Notes under the pieces: generated by a model | Seen by the model: the letters and a program-made list of their open reading frames with translations, nothing else | Told to the model about the DNA's origin: nothing | Databases searched by the model: none | Made by a program: the position numbers and the translations under genes | Shown here: piece by piece, positions 1 to 19,015 of the stretch | Layout: each line of letters opens with the position of its first letter | How positions within the stretch are numbered: position 1 is the first letter of the stretch | NCBI GenBank assembly: GCA_009914755.4 | Contig: CP086569.2 | Location: 1,632,001 to 1,696,000 of the forward strand | Reading direction: 5' to 3' | Source: the human T2T-CHM13v2.0 reference genome, Homo sapiens | DNA length: 64,000 bases

Positions 1-1540
<1,540 letters not shown>

Positions 1541-1855
1541 CAATATCCCTTTTTCTGGGGTCAGACGTTGAATGCATACCTAGCTTAGCTCCGTACCTGG
1601 TGCTATGCCCCGAATGCTTATTGATCTTGTTTTCTGGGTATTGTGGATGAGTGAAGATCCATGCACTGATGTTGGGTTGTTTCATTGTGGTCACTTCTCA
1701 TAGCCCCCATCACACTGCAGCCTTCTCTGTGTCTCTGCATCCACATAGTTGGAGCTAGCCATCTCACTCAGGGCTTTCTTGGAAGCATAGGGAGTTGCTC
1801 CATGCTGCAGAACGGATTCCATCTGTGCAGTGAGAGAACAGGAATTGATAGATAA

Positions 1856-2327
<472 letters not shown>

Positions 2328-2380
2328 TGCAATCACCTTTTAAATAATCTATCAGTATCCAGATACTGCTTTTCTTTTCT

Positions 2381-2676
<296 letters not shown>

Positions 2677-2732
2677 TGCAATCACGTTTTAAATAGTCTA
2701 TCAGTACCCAGATACTGCTTTTCTTTTCTTTT

Positions 2733-3044
<312 letters not shown>

Positions 3045-3149
3045 AGATGTTGGTTTTCATCTCTACTTTTGAGGAATGCTGATCTAGTACATGTAGGGAA
3101 GACTCATGTATTGTCACAACAACCATGAAAGCAAAGGACAGAATCTGGG

Positions 3150-3483
3150 TGTCAGGGAGTGACATGGGTAGAATTGTGTGCCCTACAACATTAGGTTCAA
3201 GTTCTGACGCCAGGTACCTGTTAACGTGACCTTCTTTGGAAATCAGGTCTCTGCAAATGTAATGAGTCCAGACACCAAGGGAAACGGAGAAGATAAGAAG
3301 CAGAGATTGAGGTAATGCGTCCACCAGCCAAGGAGCACCAAGACGTGCTGGCGACCACCAGATGCTAGCGGGGAGACCTGGAACAGATTCTCCCTCAAAG
3401 CCTCCAGAAGTAAACCAACTCTGTAGACACCTTCATTTCAGACTTCTGGTCTCCAGAGCTGTGAGAGAATCCATTTCTGTTCA
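3150..3483 (+). mobile_element. MaLR-type LTR (MLT1/MST-like), 3' portion
   Basis: Ends ..CTTCTGGTCTCCAGAGCTGTGAGAGAATCCATTTCTGTTCATTGCAGCCAC, matching the CCAGAACTGTGAGAAATAAATTTCTGTTGTTTAAGCCACCCAG tail family. The exact subfamily is uncertain. Confidence 0.5.
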
Positions 3484-3640
3484 TTGCAGCCACTTTTTTC
3501 TTTTCTTCCTTCTTTCTTTTCTTTTTTCTTTCTTTCTTTCTTCCTTCCTTCCTTCCTTTCTCTCTCTTTCTCTCTTTCTTCTTTTCCTTCCTTTGCTTCC
3601 TTTCCTTCCTTTCCTTGTTTCTTCTCTCTTTCTGAGATGG
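3483..3640. repeat. (TTTC/TTCC)n polypyrimidine microsatellite
   Basis: ttttcttttcttccttctttcttttc...ttccttcctttcc. Confidence 0.9.
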
Positions 3641-3912
3641 AGTTTTGCTCTGTCACCCAGGCTGGAGTGCAGTGGCGCAATCTCGGTTCACTGTGACCTC
3701 TGCCTCCTGGGTTCAAGTGATTCTCCTGCCTCAGCTTCCTGAGTAGCTGGGATTACAGGCACAAGCCACCATGCCCGGATAATTTTTTATATTTTTGGTA
3801 TAGACGAGGTTTCACCATGTTGGCCAATCTTGTTTCAAACTCTTGACCTCAAGTCATCCAGCCACCTTGGCCTCCCAAATTCTGAGATAACAGGTGTGAG
3901 CCACTGTGTCTT
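3640..3912 (-). mobile_element. Alu
   Basis: GAGATGGAGTTTTGCTCTGTCACCCAGGCTGGAGTGCAGTGGCGCAATCTCGG...GTGTGAGCCACTGTG. Confidence 0.9.
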
Positions 3913-4483
3913 GCCTGAGCCATTTCTTCAGCAGTGATTTTTTTTTTTCATGGCTGCCCTAGCTAAGGAATACCATTACAATGAAAGCTGAGCTGCTTAA
4001 GCTACAATTTTTTTTATTACTTATTTATTTACTTTTGTTTCAGTCATTTTTGGAGAACAGGTGGTTTTAGGTTACATGGATAATTTCTTTAGCAGTGATT
4101 TTTGAGATTTTCATGCACCCATCACTCAAGGAATGTACACTGTACTCAATGTGTAGTCTTTTATCCCTCACTCCCCTCCTACCCTTTCCCCCGAGTCCCC
4201 AAAGTCCGTTGTATAATTCTTATGCCTTTGCATCCTCGTAGCTTAGCTCGCACTTATGACTGAGAACGTTTGATATTTAGTTTTCTTATACCCAAGTTAC
4301 TTCACTTGGAATAATGGCCTCCACTTCCATCCATGTTACTGCAAAATACATTATTTTACTCCATTTTATGGGTGAGTAGTATTCCGTGGTGTATATACAC
4401 CACACTTTCTTTATCCACTCCTTGGTTGATGGGGATTTAGGCTGGTGTCATATTTTTGCAATCGCAAATTGTGCTGCTATCAG

Positions 4484-4576
4484 TTACCACTAAAGAACTC
4501 ATCCATGTAACCTAAAACCACCTGTCCTCCAAAAACTACTGAAACAAAAGTCAATCAATAAATAATAATAAAAGGC
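4484..4576 (+). mobile_element. Inverted ~93-bp copy of the L1 3' terminus (with A-rich tail), replacing ~10 bp inside the same L1
   Basis: Reverse complement of 4484-4576 aligns to 4005-4095 (TTTGTTTCAGT(C/A)(A/G)TTTTTGGAG(A/G)ACAGGTGGTTTTAGGTTACATGGAT). Confidence 0.6.
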
Positions 4577-4639
4577 AAGTGCCTTTTTTCATATAATGAC
4601 TTCTTTTCCACTGTGTAGATACTCAGTTCTGAGATTGCT

Positions 4640-5085
4640 GGATCAAATTGTTGATCTACTTTTAGTTCTTCAAGGAACCTCCATACCTGGATCAAATGGT
4701 AGTTCTATTATTAGTTCTTCAAGGAGTCTCCATACCTGGATCAAATGGTAGTTCTAGTATTAGTTCTTTAAGGAGTCTCCATACCTGAATCCAATGGTAG
4801 TTCTACTATTAGTTCTTTAAGGAGTCTCCATACCTGGATCAAATGGTAGTTCTATTATTAGTTCTTTCAGGAATCTCCATACCTGGATCAAATGGTAGTT
4901 CTAGTTTTAGTTCTTCAAGGAGTCTCCATACCTGGATCAAATGGTGGTTCTATTATTAATTCTTCAAGGAATCTCCATACCTGGATCAAATGGTGGTTCT
5001 ATTATTAGTTCTTTAAGGAGTCTCCATACCGGGAACAAATGGTAGTTCTAGTATTAGTTCTTTAAGGAATCTCCGCAGTGGTTTC
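4640..5085. repeat. Internal tandem array of a 49-bp unit x9 inside L1 ORF2 3' region
   Basis: Unit CTGGATCAAATGGTAGTTCTATTATTAGTTCTTCAAGGAGTCTCCATAC starts at about 4640, 4688, 4736, 4787, 4834, 4884, 4933, 4982 and 5031. The L1 consensus carries it once. Confidence 0.85.
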
Positions 5086-6161
5086 CATAGTGGTTAAACT
5101 AGTTTACATTCCCACCAGCAGTGTAAAAGTGTTCCCTTTTCACCACATCCACACCAACATCTGTTATTCTTTGATTTTTGAATTATGGCCATTCTTGCAG
5201 GAGTAAGATGGTATCTCACTGTGGTTTTAATTTTCATTTCCCTGATCATTAGTGATGTTGAGCATTTTTTCATATGCTCATTGGACATTCATATATCTAC
5301 TTTTGAGAATTGTCTATTCATGCCCTTTGCCTATGTTTTGATGGGATTGTTTGTTTTTTTTTCCTGCTGATTTGTTTGAGTTCCTTGTAGATTCTGGATG
5401 TTAGTCCTTCGTCGGATTCATAGTTGGGCAAATTTTTCTCCCATTCTGTGAGTTGTGTGTTTACTCTGCTGATTCTTTGTTTTGCTGTACAGAATAAGCT
5501 ACAATTTTAAGGAAGAGGATTTGTGGCAACTTACGTAGCTCAGTAAAGAGAGTGAGTAGGACCTCAAAGCATTCTTTAAAGGAGAGAGAGGACATGATCC
5601 AACTTAGACAAAGAGAATGTTCTGGCCACAGAGGCAATTTGGCCAGAAACTAGATAACAGGATGTCAAACTAGATAACAAGGAAGTCTACCTTAATTCAA
5701 TGGCACAAGAGCTTGAAATCATCAAAGAGTCTTTCTGAATACTACGCTAAAGCAATTGCTTTTAATGAATATATTCAGACTTGCCAAGGCTGAGACCTCA
5801 AATACTATCTTGAGGTCTTTAACAGCTATCTGATGCTGTCAATGATTTTGTATATAAAAAGACCTTGGAACAGGAGGTTGCCATTTAGTGAACAGGGTTG
5901 GCAGTATACCTTCCCGCCTGCTTTGCATAGTGACTCATTGTCTACTCAACGAGGATTCTTAATAATCATGTCATTGGTGACACATAGGCAGTCAGTGGAT
6001 TTTTTTTTTTAATGACAAGTGGAAAAATGTTAAAAGCCAGCTTTGATTAAAATGTGAGTTAAGCTGGAAAGCTCAGTGAAATCCATCCATGGCTGTATAT
6101 TAAGAACTGTAACCTGCCACTGTGTGTAACACCCGTTATATAAACTCATGTAAAGATTTCA

Positions 6162-6495
<334 letters not shown>

Positions 6496-7137
6496 CTACC
6501 AAGTATGTCTCCGCTGGCAATCCTTGAGAATCAATAGAAGTTATTCCAAAATATAAGCTGGTATAGTGATAAACCTGGTGAAAAGCACCGTGTTTTATAA
6601 TGCAATGTCTAAGCCCACAGTGGCGCCTGTGTCATGGATGGAAACAATTTCCAAGTATGGCAGTGTGGGCTGCAGCTGTTCCACAGAAGATCGTAAAGTA
6701 TATGGAATGGTAAATGCATGGCACGTTTTGTAAAATAATTAAATGAAGCCCAATGCTGCCATCCCTCAGGTCATATTTACATAGATGATTGAGCTGTCTG
6801 ATTCACTGAGGGTTCTCTCTGTGTGTCTCTTTGGTGAAGCAATTTATTCTGCTTTTACAGATTAGATATTTTCTAAGTGACGAAATACAAGTCTTCCAGT
6901 GGCACAATATAAAATCGTATTAAAGAGCATTAAAGCATATAAGCTAACAGCATGCATACTTATCTACAAACTGGTTTCTAAAAATGGAGAAGCATTTTTT
7001 GCTTTCAGATGGAGATTGTGTACTCAGATCTCGAATTCTGTTTCCTTAAAAAATGGTTTAATGAACCCTAATGCATCTACCACTCAGGTTTTAACGATTA
7101 CAAACAGTTATCAATGTGTTTTATTTTTCCATTTTAA

Positions 7138-7525
<388 letters not shown>

Positions 7526-7880
7526 CCAACAATACTTTTATCTACTCATCAGTATGTGTTCAAATTTCCCTCAGTCTTAGAAATGACTTTCTGTGGTTGG
7601 TTTCTTTAAATAAAAATGGAAAGAAACTCCACACACTTTAGATGGCTGATTTGTCTCATAAAAGTTTTTTGATTTGTAATAATTCACCATCTTCCCTTTA
7701 TTTTGTCCTGATTATATAGTCCATATCCCTTGTGACTTTCACCATAGAAGGACTTTATCCCTGTCTTCAAAAGCCATAAAAATAGTCCCCGTTGCTAACT
7801 AACAACATTGATGCTTTTGTGACCTAGGAAAGCTTCTAAGTGTAGCTTTGATCTCCTTTGTTGAGACAGAAATGGGCTGA

Positions 7881-8339
<459 letters not shown>

Positions 8340-9065
8340 TGACTACAGTTTCTGTACATTGGACCAATTTGGCACATTTCTTTATATAGGACAATCCATG
8401 TCCATTTACCTGTGTTCTGTGAGACAGAGGAAGCCTGGACTTCTGCTATCCTGCCCTTGCTGGGAATGAGCAGGGTTGTACCTGCACTCATCATGGAATA
8501 AGCACTAAAGAAACAAAGCTACAACAGAAGATGTCCTCTACTGCAGGGCACCTTACATTCCAATCCTCCAATATGGCAGCGAGTCAAAATCTCAAAAGAC
8601 CTGAGTGCCTTCTGCGTAAGTCCCCGTAGGCTTCTAGTATTCATTTTACAAGTATACTGATGCTCTCAGTTGATGCTGAGGGGGTGGCTGTTCATGAAGA
8701 TGATGGAATTGGCTTTGGCAGAGGTCTCTCTTTGACCATCTAGAGGCACTGTTGCTTATCTATCAGGAAACGGAGGGAGGCACTGGGAATTTGAACTCGA
8801 GCTCTGGAGTTCTTCCATGCAGCTGTGTTTACGTATCATCAAGCACCGATTCATTGCCCGTTGGGACAGAGGAGAATCAGGCCTGGTCTGGCATCATTGC
8901 CGGGTGGGTGTGAAATGCCACTTCTACCGAGACCAACTGGAAATGAAAGATCGTCAACAGTCAAAAAGGTCACTGCATAAATGCCTGTGAAGTCCAAGTA
9001 ACTGTCAGAGACAGAATACGCTTTGCAGCGGAGAGTTTTCCAGGAAAGAAAAATGGTCTCTGTGA

Positions 9066-9503
<438 letters not shown>

Positions 9504-10353
9504 TAACACCGTCTGGGTAATTCACAGAAGAAGTTTATTTTGTAAAGTCCTGGAGGCTGGCAAGTCCAAAAGGCATGGTGCCTGCATCTGATGAGAGCCT
9601 CTTGCTATAGTACAACATAGTGGAGGACTTATAATGCCACCAGCTCTGTCCATGTGGGCCTCGCTTTGATGATCTTACCTAATTCTAATCGTCTCCTAAG
9701 GGTGCCACTCCAAATACTACAACATACTAATTTGAGAGAGAAGTTTCCAACACATGAAGCTTGGGAGACACAAACCATACAGGGTGGAGTCAAGACGGCT
9801 TGTTTAATTCCGCCAACTTGAGCAAAGAGGCATAATGGTTATTGCCTCTCTGGGTTCACTAAACACATAAACATGCCCACACTAATAATTCACGTCGACC
9901 GCAGTACTCTCTGCTTTTCCTGAATAGCATATTGTGTTGAACAGGTTATACGACCTTGGGTAGAGACTTAGCTCTCTTTAAGCCTCCATTTCTCATCTGT
10001 AAAATGAGAATGAAAGATGGTTTCTCCGTATTTATGGAAGGGTTCCAACAAGGTAAAGTGTGTAGCGTACTTTGTCAATTCTAAAGCACTCTTCTGATAT
10101 AAATTATAGCATCCCCGGATTCATTGTTTGAGTTGGTTTCTTTTTTAAAATTAATTTCTGTTGTATGTATTTAAGGTGTGCAACATGATTTTTTGATATA
10201 GTGACATAGTGAAATGATTATAATTGTTAAGAAAATGAACACAGCTATCATCTCACATATTTACCTTTTTTGCGACAAGAGCACCTTAAATCTACTCTCT
10301 TAACAAAAATCCTAAATATGAAATGTATTATAGTCCTTATATTTTGCATTTGA

Positions 10354-10680
<327 letters not shown>

Positions 10681-11474
10681 TAGATTCTTTATATAAGTGA
10701 GATCCAATACTTTTAACTGAATGTGAACATTTCTTTTACAAAATAAAATGTATGTTCAGGCTTTTACTTAATCCATGCTAGTAAGAGCCTGGTTCAAAAA
10801 TGAGCTGCAGGTTTTTTCAAAGAGAATCACAATCATTTCTGTGGAATAGGTGAAGTGAAAGACATTTTTAGAAAGTTTGCATCTTTTTGCAGAGACTTTT
10901 AATGAAGGGGTTTATGTTTTCCGCTCTGTTCGTTTACTGAAAGCAAAAGAAGAAAAGTGAGGAAGGGATTATACAAAGAAAGTGACTGAAAAATTCTGAA
11001 AATATCTGTTTTCATAAGATAAGAGCTTTATTCTAGTTCTGAACATATAATCATAGTCATCATTGTCCTTATTTAAATAAAAACAGCTAGCTGGGCAACT
11101 TAGTCTCATTGAAATTCCTGAGATCTTCATTCTTTCTTGGTATTTGGCTGAAAAAAGAATAAGTTTATCTCATTCTTTTCCCAAAGTATAGCACAAGGTT
11201 GAGAGCCTGGACTCGTGGCATGCATACCTAATGAGACCGTTGTATTACTTGGGGTGAAACTCCTTCCATTTGACTTGATGTAGTTATTTTCTTTTTCTTG
11301 CAAGGGAAGCAAACTTTGGGTTCTACCTGGGTCTTCCTTAAGCATCAGGTGTGTTTCAAATGGATAGATTTAATAATAATTGATCCACTAATAATTGATC
11401 CACTGGGCAATGATTTTTTAAATGTTTGTTTTCAAATTTAAAACAATGCCTCAAGTTTAGAAATGCCTCTCCTC

Positions 11475-11831
<357 letters not shown>

Positions 11832-12210
11832 TCAAGGCTGAGTTCTGGGTTGGCAGGACAGTCTTGAATGAGGATCTGAATGTAGGAGTATTCCTGCAAT
11901 TAGTCTTCGTTGCCACTAGGAGGTGGTGTGTAGCGGGGTGTCCTTTTGAGTTGACTTGCCAAGAAGACCAGGTGTAGGGTTAAGCATGATTTTCCAAATG
12001 GAAGCTTCAGGAAAGCTTCAAAAGATACCTTATGCACTGTAATGCACAGCATTTGATATTAAAACAATACATAGCATCTTAAACAATACATAGCAAGTGA
12101 AGTTTCTCTCAGGCTTCCCTCACAAAGAGCAAGCCTTGCTTATGGTGTCCTTGTTCTGTCCTATACCTTATCTCAGGCACTGTGAGCTGGGAATTAAAAT
12201 TTTCTTTCCT

Positions 12211-12500
12211 TTTTTTTTTTGAGACAGAGTCTCGCTCTGCTGCCCAGGGTGGAGTGCAATGATGCAAACTTGGCTCACTGCAACCTTTGCCTCCTGGGTT
12301 CAAGCAATCATCCTGCCTCAGCCTCCTAAGTAGCTGGGATTACAGGCGCCCGTCACCACACCATGCTCATTTTGTATTTTAGTAGAGATGTTGGTTTCAC
12401 CATGTTGGTCTGGCTGGTCTCAAACTCCTGATCTCAGGTGATCCACCTACCTCCACCTCCCAAAGTGCTGGGATTACAGGTGTGAGCCACCACACCCAGC
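12211..12500 (-). mobile_element. Alu
   Basis: poly(T) then GAGACAGAGTCTCGCTCTGCTGCCCAGGGTGGAGTGCAATGATGC...GTGTGAGCCACCACACCCAGC. Confidence 0.9.
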
Positions 12501-12504
12501 TATC

Positions 12505-13040
12505 TTTACATTTTAATTATGGCAAAATACATATAACATAACATTTACTACTAGTGACATTCAGAACATTCCCCATGCTGTATAGCCATTACCTCCATCT
12601 CCTTCCAGAACATTCAACATTCCCCATGCTGTATAGCCATTACCTCCATCTCCTTCCAGAACATTCTAATCACCCTAAATGGAGACCTTGTACCTATTAA
12701 GCCCTCACTCCTCCTTTTCCCAACCCATGCAAACCCCTAATCTACTTTCTATCTCTAGGGATTCATTCCTTCTAGACATTTCACATAAATGGAATAACCC
12801 AAGGTGTGGCTTATTTATATCTGGCTTCATTTACTGAACATAATGTTCTCAAAGTACACTCACATAGCAGCGTGTGTCAGGATTTCATTGTGTTTGATGG
12901 CTGTTTCATATTCCACCATATGGATAGACGCCATTTTGTTTCTCCATTCACCTATGGGTGAACATTTGGGTTGTATTTACCCGTTGGTGATTGGGAAGAA
13001 TGCTGCTATGAATAATTGGATACGTATTTTTGTTTGAACA
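12505..13040 (-). mobile_element. L1M-type 3' end (antisense), containing a ~50-bp tandem duplication at 12562-12656
   Basis: TTTTAATTATGGCAAAATACATATAACATAACATTTAC..., GAATAA(C/T)..CATTGTATGGATA..CATTTTGTTTCTCCATTCA..GGGTGAACATTTGGGTTGT and GAATGCTGCTATGAA all match L1M antisense. CAGAACATTC(AA)CATTCCCCATGCTGTATAGCCATTACCTCCATCTCCTTC occurs twice. Confidence 0.65.
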
Positions 13041-13405
13041 TTTGTGCTATGCTCTGAAGGTTTCTGTGTCCCCAAAGTTCATATGAGGAAAGCTAATACT
13101 CAAGGTGATAGTATTAAGAGGTGGAACCCTTGGAAAGTGATGAGGTCAAGAGAATGGAAGCTCCATGGATGGGATGAGTGCTCTTATCAAAAGAACCCCA
13201 GAGAGCTCCTTTTTTTCCTTCTACCATGCAAGGACACAGAAAGAAGGTGCCATCTACGAACCAGGAACTGGGTTCTTACCAGACACTGAATCTTCTATGT
13301 CTTGATTTTGGACATCCAACTTCCAGAACTGTGAGCAATAAACATCTGGTGTTCAAAAGCCACCCAGTCTAAAGTATTTTGTTACAGCAACATACAAAAA
13401 GACAG
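13040..13405 (+). mobile_element. MaLR-type LTR (MST/MLT-like)
   Basis: ..GATGAGGTCAAGAGAATGGAAGCTCCATG.. then AACTTCCAGAACTGTGAGCAATAAACATCTGGTGTTCAAAAGCCACCCAGTCTAAAGTATTTTGTTACAGCAAC. Confidence 0.55.
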
Positions 13406-14159
13406 TGGCCCCCAAAATCTCCTCTCATCACAAGGAGCCCCCTTCACTTCACCCACAAAGGAGGCAAGATTTGAGGTCATCAGGCTCCCAACCAAGGGAC
13501 TGGGTGTTCTGATCTATGTTTTAACTTTTCAATCAAGTACATCACTTCCAGCTGGGACTCTGGGTCTAGCACAGGGAGAAATAAAGTGTGAACCATCATT
13601 ACAAGCTCAGGGAGGGAGGGAGAAAGTGCAAATCGAAGAGCTGGAAAATCATCGAGCCAGCCCAACTGTTGGGAGATTGGGGATTCTTTGTGCACGGAGC
13701 AGAAACAATCTCCTGCACGGGGTGGCGGCTTGGGCCAGGACTTCTCGGCATTGAGGAGTTACAGAGCTGTTTTGTAGCTAAACCGACTTTCATTCCAAGC
13801 ACTTCTACAGAGAACGAAATCAAACAGCGGTGATGATGGGATCCCCAGGCCCGGCCAGTGATCTGCTTAATTACTGACCAGGGAAGCTTCAGTAGCTTAA
13901 TTGGATTGATGGGCACAGTGCCTAGTCCTCCACCCACTGGTCCCAGAGATTTTTATGGATAGCATGCTGATCTTCCATGCCCTGAGGCTTGGGGTCCTGT
14001 GTCCAGCATTCCCCACCAACTGGGCAGATGCTGCTGGATTTATGTCAACAGCGAGTTCTGCAGGCACACCTCTAAAACACAGTCTCATAGTGTCTTCTGT
14101 TTTCAGGAACAAATACAAATTTTCTTCTCACATAAGTTATATCATGAACATGAGCATTT

Positions 14160-14225
14160 AACAAGGGACGGTGTGTGTGTGCGAGCACGTACATGTTGTA
14201 TGTTGTGTGTTTTGTGTGTGTATGA
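14160..14225. repeat. GT-rich simple repeat
   Basis: ggtgtgtgtgtgcgagcacgtacatgttgtatgttgtgtgttttgtgtgtgtatgagagag. Confidence 0.7.
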
Positions 14226-14307
14226 GAGAGACACCACAGACACACTAGCCCCATGAAAGGCCAGGGCAGTGAGGCCTGGACCATGGTCTGCTAAGGACCT
14301 GGTGTGG

Positions 14308-15085
14308 CACACTGATGGTTATCACAAGTGGCCTGGGAGGTGTTCTGTTGGCCCCAGGGGTTCACTGACCATCATCACAGGTGGCCTGTGATGTGTTGAC
14401 TTGGTGGGGCCCACTGACCACCATTGCTGGTGGCCTTAGAGGTGATCTGTTGACCCCAGGGGCTCACTGGTGACCACTGCCGGTAGCCTGGGAGGTGGTC
14501 TGTTGACCTTGGGGACTCATTGATGACCATTACAGGTGGCCTGGGAGATGGTCTGTTGACCCTGGGGAGTCACTGATGACCATTTCAAGTGGTCTGTTGA
14601 CCTTGGGGGCTCACTGACGGCCATTGCAGGTTGTCTGGGAGGTGGTGTGTTGACCTTGTGGGCTCACTGATGGCCATTGCTGGTGGCCTTGGCGATGATG
14701 GTCTGTTGACCCCAGGGGCTCACTGGTGACCACTGCAGGTGGGCTGGGAAGTGGTCTGTTGACCTGGGGACTCACTGACCACCATTGCTGGTGGCCTTGG
14801 AGATGGTTTGTTGACCTTGGGGACTCACCACCATTGCAGGTGACTTGGAGATGGTTTGTTGACCTTGGGGACTCACTGACCACCACTGCAGGTGACTTGG
14901 GAGATGGTTTGTTGACCCTGGGGACTCACTGGTGACCATTACAGGTGGGCTGGGAAGTGGTCTCTTGACCTGGGGACTCACTGACCACCACTGTTGGTGG
15001 CCTTGGAGATGGTTTGTTGACCCCAGGGGCTCACTGATGACCATTGCAGGTGGCCTGGGGGATGGCCTATTGACTGGGCACATCC
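14308..15085. repeat. Minisatellite of ~53-bp unit x15
   Basis: CACTGA(C/T)(C/G)ACCA(T/C)TGC(A/T)GGTGGCCTGGGAGATGGTCTGTTGACC(T/C)TGGGGACT is repeated with 41-56-bp variants. The repetitive ORFs at 14611-15120 are artefacts. Confidence 0.9.
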
Positions 15086-15912
15086 TACTGATTCACTGCA
15101 GAAGGCGGGCAATTTGCTGAGCACCTAGAAGGGCCTGACTATCAGTGCCAGGGTTAGTGGGTCCAACCTCAAGGTCCTGCACCTAGAGGACCTAACACAG
15201 ACAATGTTCTGCTGGCTGCTGAACACTTGGACCTAACCCTGACCATCTTCTGCACATTGCCCAGGACTAGTTGGCCCCACTTCTTCTCTTCTCAGAGCCC
15301 ACGATAGGCCCTGTGGTCACTCCCTCTGCAGAGGTGGAACTGAAATTCCCTCAGGTCACATTCCTGGTTATGCAGGAAGCTGAGAATGAGACAGGAATTC
15401 CAAACCCAGGTCAGTGGCCTAAATATGGTCCTGTGGGTCTGACCACAGGCAGTTACAAGGCTGGAACCCAGGGGAAAGCTGCCTTCCCACATCGCGCTGG
15501 GTGCACACCTGGAGCATTACACAGCTTGGGGGGATGAAGGGTAAGACCTCAGGCCCCTGGGCAGCCATGCTCTTATGAGTATGTATATCCTGGAGCAGGT
15601 CCTGCCACTTCAGGCCTCCTTACTAGTGGTGGAAGAGGCAGGTGCCTGAGCCCCTCTTCCCCATTCTGACTTGTACCTTTTGACTCCTAGCCCTTTCCAC
15701 TCTCCCTCCCCAGACCTCCTAGTTCAGGACATGCCTGAACACCTCCGGTAACCTTCCCATGTGTAGTTTCCAGTATACCAAGAGGAGCTTGTGCGGTGGT
15801 TGAGCTTTAAGCAGCAGAAAGTTTCTCAGCAATTTGCCTCGTATATATTGGTATTGGTGTGCTCCAGGGAGACAGAACCAATTGTATCATTTCACGATAA
15901 GAAGAGGTTCTA

Positions 15913-16233
<321 letters not shown>

Positions 16234-16243
16234 AAGGTTCTAA

Positions 16244-16925
<682 letters not shown>

Positions 16926-17349
16926 ATACGTCCAAAGACAGCATCTGAAGGACTTCAGGCTAAACCTACCTGGTGGAAGAAACTATTCTCTTAACTCTCA
17001 TTTCCAAATGAGAAGTATATTTAAGATGGGTGTACTTCCCTCACGGTGAAATGGTTTTCAACTTCTCAGGGAGAGAAGTCTTATTTCCTCTTTGCCTTTC
17101 TCCCCCCATTTTCCCTTTCTTTCCTCTTCCACATAGAGCATTTTAGATGCGTCCAGGGGGCCATGGTCTGTCACTCACTCACTTCTCTTTAGCTTACAGA
17201 AAGACAACATGCTATGAAAAAGAAAGAAAAAATCTCTCTTCTCAGTTTCTGATGTTTGCTTATCTGTTATTCTTGTAGATGTATATTGCCAGATTAGTAT
17301 ATGTCAATGTGTTATGGAAATTTTAACAGATATAAAAAGTATAAACAAT

Positions 17350-17670
<321 letters not shown>

Positions 17671-17687
17671 CAGAATAGTGAGTTTCA

Positions 17688-17836
17688 GCCAGGTGTGGTG
17701 GCTCATGCCTATGATTCCAGCACTTTGGGAGGCCGGAGAATTACTTGAGCCCAGGAGGTCGAGGCTGCAGTGAGCCAAGATCACGTCAAGGCACTCCAGC
17801 CTGGGTGATGGAGCGACGTTCTGTCTCGAATTTTTA
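17688..17836 (+). mobile_element. Internally deleted Alu (left-monomer start fused to right-monomer end), preceded by a second copy of the first Alu's 5' flank
   Basis: The flank AATAGTGAGTTTCA is followed by GCCAGGTGTGGTGGCTCATGCCTATGATTCCAGCACTTTGGGAGGCCGGAGAATTACTTGAGCCCAGGAGGTCGAGGCTGCAGTGAGCCAAGATCACG.. Confidence 0.8.
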
Positions 17837-18157
17837 AAACAAGAAGGGTGAGTTTAAAAGCTTGTGTACCTGCGCAGAACTTCAAGAAAATATTGCAATG
17901 TTATCTTCTTCACTTTCAGCCAGAAACTTAGCCAGGTGTGGTGGCAGGTGCCACCTGGAGATCTGGATGGGGGTCGTATGAGAACATCACGTTCTTTTTC
18001 TGAGCCTCTGGTATCCAGCCTAGCCTGTAGGCATTGCTTCCTCCGATGGGCAGTTTGTGCCTTTGGAAATCACCCTTCTACCTCCCATACCCCCATCCCA
18101 ATATCTCTGTGTGCTTGGCACATAGGAGGTGGGACATTTGGTAGAGAAAATACGTGC

Positions 18158-18226
18158 TGAAGCAAATGGAGTGAAATTGGGGAATCTGATAGAAGCAAAT
18201 GGAGTCAAATCTGGGAATTTGATAAG
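18158..18226. repeat. 33-bp tandem duplication
   Basis: GAAGCAAATGGAGTGAAATTGGGGAATCTGATA / GAAGCAAATGGAGTCAAATCTGGGAATTTGATA. Confidence 0.6.
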
Positions 18227-18568
18227 CCTCCCATTCACACTGGGGATACTGGGACCAGATCCAAAGCCAGCAGCATTGAAACAGCGGTTGAAGCAGCGTT
18301 CAAACAGTATTGAAACAGATTTGTGGACACCGCAGTCGTGCATGCATTCCTCATGAGGAAAGGCTGTCACTCTTTAAATTTCTCCCTGACTTGGGTGTCT
18401 GCAAATATCCATGAGTCTTATTCTCTACGTGGACACACAGATGTCCACTCGGATACCTCAGCCGTAGAAGAATCACCAAGCATCTATGACCCACATTGTT
18501 TATCTATTTATCTTGCCAGTCGTTTTGTGGGGAGGAAGGGGGCTTGCTTTGTTTAAAAAATTATTTGA

Positions 18569-19015
<447 letters not shown>

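Larger units (their letters stand above)
4034..5500 (-). mobile_element. LINE-1 (L1PA/L1PB-like) 3' UTR plus ORF2 3' region
   Basis: GGTTTTAGGTTACATGGATAA..., TGTGTAGTCTTTTATCCCTCAC..., CACTTATGACTGAGAAC.., ..ACATTCCCACCAGCAGTGTAAAAGTGTTCCC.. and TTGCAGGAGTAAGATGGTATCTCACTGTGGTTTTAATTT are all antisense L1. Confidence 0.8.
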
